Origin: Hemiscyllium ocellatum
Lineage: Eukaryota
Length of the DNA stretch: 64,000 nt
Assembly: GCF_020745735.1 (NCBI RefSeq)
Contig: NC_083409.1
Location: forward strand, 57,246,048 to 57,310,047
Direction: 5' to 3'
Each line of letters begins with the position of its first letter. The stretch's first letter is position 1. Below, in pieces: positions 54,601 to 60,600 of the stretch. A program made the position numbers and the translations under genes. The notes beneath the pieces were generated by a model, which was not told the DNA's origin, did no database searches, and saw only the letters and a list, made by a program, of their open reading frames with translations.

Positions 54601-57600
54601 ACTTAATAGCACTTCAACTACCCCTGCCATCATTTTACTGGTCGCTAGTAGATCTGCAGAGGTTAGTGGTAGTTGGCCAGTTCAGACCCAAAATTAAAGC
54701 TTTTTGTTCCTCCAAAGGGCCCAAATGCTTTCAGGTCTGTTGGGGTTTTGGATATATGGATAAAGGATACCCAACGTAGTTTGAGCAAGTATTGCAGTTG
54801 CCTGTAACTTTTGCAATCTTCATTGTGTGACAATACTATGGCTTTAAGAGGTGTATTTTGTCCTTTTTTAAAAATTGAAGTTGAGACAGGTGGGAGAGGT
54901 CTGCTTCAAATCAGAGTAAATAGCTTGTGAAGTCTTGGGTTTTTAAAAGTTGGAACAAGAGGAGCAGCTTGAATGGGTGGGTTCAAGTTGCCAAAGAACC
55001 AGTATTTTCAGTTTAGTTTTCAGTTTAGTTTTCAGTAGCTGTTGGGGTTGTGAAAGCTGCAAAGCTCTCGTTCTGCTATAGCCAAAAGCTTGGGTTCTCT
55101 TCCTACTGATTGTTTCATATGCAATTCTATCAGTTATTGTATTTGCCTTTGCCAAGTGTGTATTCATGGGCTGTTACTATATTGAAAAAGTTAAGTAGTT
55201 TATTATTTTGCGAGAGTTACAGTTCAGCCAGTTTTTTTTCATTTATTTTTCTTTTGTCTGCATCTTAACTATAGTGTACGACTAAAGCGTGTTTTGCTTC
55301 AAGTCCAATAGTTTGACCAGTCGAATTGCATCCAAAATGCAATACCTGGCACTTGTCTTTAAAATAAGAAAAAGTTAGGGCCTAGGCTATCTTTTTGACA
55401 TGTTTTGTCGGGGGAAGGTTTGGTCTGGTCCATGACAGTTGCCTTCAGTAGTTTGCTTATTGCCTGGAGTTAATCAAATTGGCTGAAGGGTGACACCTTT
55501 TGATACTGGAGATCTTCAAGCGACAGTAAAGATGGATTTTGGCACTTCTTGCTGAAGATTGATGCCAGTACCTTTTGTCTTTTACTCTGCTGTATTGGTC
55601 TTCCCCAGCAACTGGGGATGGAATATTGTGGAGCCTCTTCCAGCAAATTTTTAAATTATTCACTGCTATTTGTGACAGGATAAACCAGGTCTGCAGAGGT
55701 TAGATCCAATCCATTGTAACTTAACTCTTATCTACTGCATGCTGCTTCCATTTATGTAGAATATCAGTAATGCTATATTGTAGCATCACCAGGTCAATGT
55801 CTAATTTTTAAAGTATTCTGGGCTGATGCTGGCATGCTTGTCTGCGCTATTCATTGAATCAAAGTTGATCCCCTGGCTTGGCGACAAGGATGGTGAGGGT
55901 TATGCTGATCGATGAGGCGACAGATTGTATTTGAATATAATTCTGATGGCCTGCAGTATCTTATGAATGCATAGTTTTGAGTTGTTAGATCTATTTGAAA
56001 AGTGTACAATTTAGCACTGTCGTTTCCTCCTCCAGTTACACAAAGGAGTGTAACTCCACTGATAATGGGCCTTTGGTTTCTTGAAGATGGTATAGTGGTC
56101 ACTGTCTCACTTATGGACAGATACGTCTGCTGCATTTAGATTGAGGACAAAGACAGATACGTTTTTCCACTTCCCTCACCACCTGCTACAGATCCAGTCT
56201 AACAGCTTTGTCCTTTGGGAATTGACCAGCCCAGTCCATAGTGGTGCTTCAAGGGCACTCTTTATAATGCACATTGAAATTCTTTGCCACCATCAGTACT
56301 CCTAAATGGTGATTAAAAGGGGAACTGATTCATCAGCTGGTGGTGGGGCTGATGTTGGTGACAATCCAGTTTCCTTGCCCATATTTGATCTTATGCCATG
56401 AAACCTCATTGAGTCTGTAGTCAATGATCAGGACTCTCACACAAACACCTCCCAATGGTATGCAACTGTTTGCTAACTTTGTTGGAATGGTTATTATGTT
56501 GGCATGGTAATCATATGCTCAGAATTATACCTTACAATCCCAAGCTGTTGCTTGACTAATACATGGGGCAGCTGTCCAACTTCAATTTGAGGCCCATGTG
56601 TTGCTAAGGAGGACTTTGACGAGTTGTCAGGACTCCTGAGTATTTCTCGTTTTCGGTGCCTTGGTTGGTGCCCGGTGGTCCTTCTCGTTTTGAGCCTTAA
56701 ATGAAACTTTGTAGTGGTTAGATGCAACTGAGTGACTTGCTAGTCTGTTTGAAATGCAAAACTTGCACCCACACCACCTCCCTTACTTCTCTCCAAGACC
56801 CCAAGGGATCCTTCCATATCCGCCACAAATTCACCTGCACCTCCACACACATCATCTATTGCATCCACTGCACCCGATGTGGCCTCCTCTGTACTGGGGA
56901 GACAGGCCTCCTACTTGCGGAATGTTTCAGAGAACACCTCTGGGACACCCGGACCAACCAACCCAATCACCCCGTGGCTCAACACTTTAACTCCCCCTCC
57001 CACTCCACCAAGGACATGCAGGTCCTTGGACTCCTCCATCGCCAGACCATAACAACACGACGGTTGGAGGAAGAGCGCCTCATCTTCCGCCTAGGAACCC
57101 TCCAACCACAAGGGATGAACTCCGATTTCTCCAGTTTCCTCATTTCGCCTCCCCCCACCTTGTCTCAGTCGAATCCCTCGAACTCGGCACCGCCTTCCTA
57201 ACCTGCAATCTTCTTCCTGACCTCTCCGCCCCCACCCCACTCCGGCCTAACACCTTCACCTTGACCTCCTTCCACCTATCACATCTCCATCGCCCCTCCG
57301 CCAAGTCCCTCCTCCCTCCCTTTTATCTTAGCCTGCTGGACACACTTTCCTCATTCCTGATGAAGGGTTTATGCCCGAAACATCGAATTTCCTGTTCCTT
57401 GGATGCTGCCTGACCTGCTGCGCTTTTCCAGCAACACATTTTCAGTTCTGATACTTCAGCATCTGCAGACCTCACTTTCTCCTCGAAGATTTTAACCTAC
57501 TGCGAATCCTCTTGCAAGGACGCCTTCCTTGAAGAAGCTCTCTTCCTCCCTCTACAAGGATTTCAGTGAGTCCCTCTCTTGCTGCACCCCTCATCTCCTC

Positions 57601-60600
57601 TGCACAGAAGCTCTTCAGCCACGTTCTCAAACAGACTCGCTACCACAGCCACATCTCCTTCCTCAGCACCTGCCTACGGAACCAACTGATCCCGCACAGA
57701 CTCCGGACTACGTTCCAACCAATAAAATTTGGACCCAACCAGGACAACCTGTACCTACAACAAATCCGAAGCATCCAGCAACAGACCTCCCTCCGGATCC
57801 TCCCGTTCCACCCTTGCAGCCATGTGTCGCTACCTACATTCCCTGCAATCAGCCCTACCCCAGCTCAGGACAACACTCTCACAGACCTGCAAAGGACCTC
57901 TACTGTTCTACATCTACAGAAGAATCCATACACTAAACAAACAGTTCTTCCTAGCCATATCAGAAATTAAAGACAGTAAGTACCAAAAACTTTCATGTCC
58001 TTACCCCCACACTCTGGGTTCCTCAACTGTTCCAGAATCTTCTATCGGCCTCCGTAATCAGTTGGACGCCATTAACCATGCGGCCGCTACAGCGCCCGCG
58101 GCACCAACCGCAGCAGACGACTGTGATGTCACTTCTCCCCCCACCGACCTCGCAGCCTCCGCGATCGCCGCGCAGACAACCGCCTCCACGATCGCCAGGA
58201 AGATCGCCAACGGATTCGCGACCCCCGTGGCTATCGGGAATAATAGTGTTTCTTTCGTCGCCACAGCCATTTCCACCCCTTCGGTTGCCGTCGCCGCAGC
58301 CACTTCCACCCCTAGTGACATCACTAACCTGCACGACTACAACGCCTCATGTGTCTCCGCCCCCATGCGTAACCCCGCCGCCACGCTGACCTCCGTCACC
58401 ACATGTAACCCTGCCCCCACGCCTAACCCCGCCCCCACACCGATGTCTGTCACCACATCTAACCCCGCCCCCACACCGATCTCCATCCCCGCCCCCACTC
58501 CCAGATCCAGTCCTACAGCAGGTCCTAGCTCCCAGCCCTGCCGTGTTTTCACCATCCCTCCAGGCCTCCCCCTCTCTGAGGATGAAAGATCAGTCCTCAG
58601 CAGAGAACTCACCTTCGTTCCCCTACGCCCTCAGATTAATGAGTTCAACACGCGGCGAGACATTGAACAATTCTTCCTTCGCCTTCGTGCCTACTTATTC
58701 AACCAAGACTCTCGCCCACCCTCTGACGACCCCTTCTCCGGCCTCCAACACACCCCATCCACCTGGACACCCCGTGCTGGCCTCTTACCCGCCCTCAATC
58801 TCTTTATAGCCAACTGCCGCCGCAACATTAACCGACTCAACCTGTCCACCCCTCTTACCCACTCCAACCTCTCGCCCTCGGAACATGCAGCCCTCCACTC
58901 CCTCTGCTCCAACCCCAACCTCACTATCAAACCGGCAGACAAGGGAGGCGCGGTAGTAGTTTGGCGCACCGACCTTTATACCGGTGAGGCCAAATGCCAG
59001 TCGCAGACACCACCTCCTACTGCCCCCTTGACCATGACCCCACCTCCCACCACCAAACCATCATCTCCCAGACCATTCATAACCTCATCACCTCAGGGGA
59101 TCTCCCATCCTCCGCCTCCAACTTCATAGTCCCACAACCCCGCACCGCCCGTTTCTACCTCCTGCCCAAAATCCACAAACCTGACTGCCCCGGCCATTGT
59201 CTCAGCCTGCTCCAGCCCCACCGAACTCATCTCCGCATACCTCGACACGGTCCTGTCCCCCTTAGTCCAAGAACTCCCCACCTACGTTCGGGACACCACC
59301 CACGCCCTCCACCACCTCCATGATTTTCGGTTCCCCGGTCCCCAATGCCTTATCTTCACGATGGACATCCAGTCCCTGTACACCTCCATCCCCCATCACG
59401 AAGGACTCAAAGCCCTCCGCTTCTTCCTTTCCCGCCGCACCAACCAGTACCCTTCCACTGACACCCTCCTTCGACTGACTGAACTGGTCCTCACCCTGAA
59501 CAACTTCTCTTTCCAATCCTCCCACTTCCTCTAAACTAAAGGAGTTGCAATGGGCACCCGCATGGGCCCCAGCTATACCTGTCTCTTCGTAGGATATGTG
59601 GAACAGTCCATCTTCCACAACTACACTGGCACCACCCCCACCTTTTCCTCCGCTACATCGATGACTGTATCGGCGCTGTCTCGTGCTCCCACGAGGAAGT
59701 TGAACAGTTCATCAACTTTACCAACACCTTCCATCCCGACCTCAAATTCACCTGGACCGTCTCAGACTCCTCCCTCCCCTTCCTAGACCTTTCCATTTCT
59801 ATCTCAGGCGACCGAATCAACACAGACATCTACTATAAACTGACTGACTCCCACAGCTACCTAGACTACACCTACTCCTACCCTGCCCCCTGTGAAAACG
59901 CTATCCCATATTCCTAATTCCTTCGTCTCCACCGTATCTGCTCCCAGGAGGACCAGTTCCAATACCGTACAGCCCAGATGGCCGCCTCCTTCAAGGACCG
60001 CAGATTCCCCCCAGACGTGATCGACGATGCCCTCCACCGCATCTCCTCCACTTCCCGCTCCTCCGCCCTTGAGCCCCGCCCCTCCAACCGCCACCAGGAC
60101 TGAACCCCACTGGTTCTCACCTGCCACCCCACCAACCTCCGTATACAACGTATCATCTGCCGTCATTTCCGCCACCTCCAAACGGACCCCACCACCAGGG
60201 ATATATTTCTCTCCCCTCCCTTATCAGCGTTCTGAAAAGACCACTCCCTCCGTTACTCCCTCGTCAGGTCCACACGCCTCACCAACCCAACTTCCACTCG
60301 CGGCACCTTCCCTTGCAACCGCAGGAAATGCAAAACTTGCGCCCACACCTCCTCCCTTACTTCTCTCCAAGGCCCCAAGGGATCCTTTCATATCCTCCAC
60401 AAATTCACCTGCACCTCCACACACATCATCTGTTGCATCCGCTGCACCCGATGTGGCCTCCTCTATATTGGGGAGACAGGTCTCCTACATGCGGAACATT
60501 TCAGAGAACACCTCTGGGACACCTGGACCAACCAGTCCAACCACCCTGTGGCTCAACACTTTAACTCCCCCTCCCGCTCCACCAAGTCCTTGGACTCCTC

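Noticed and set aside
57729-59129. 466-aa ORF as a novel mucin-like host gene
   Set aside because: It is the N-terminal part of the PLE polyprotein (KPADKGG motif) and runs off-frame at both ends.
59532-60240. Programmed readthrough or selenocysteine in the PLE ORF
   Set aside because: The stops include TAA and are accompanied by frameshifts; ordinary decay explains them.
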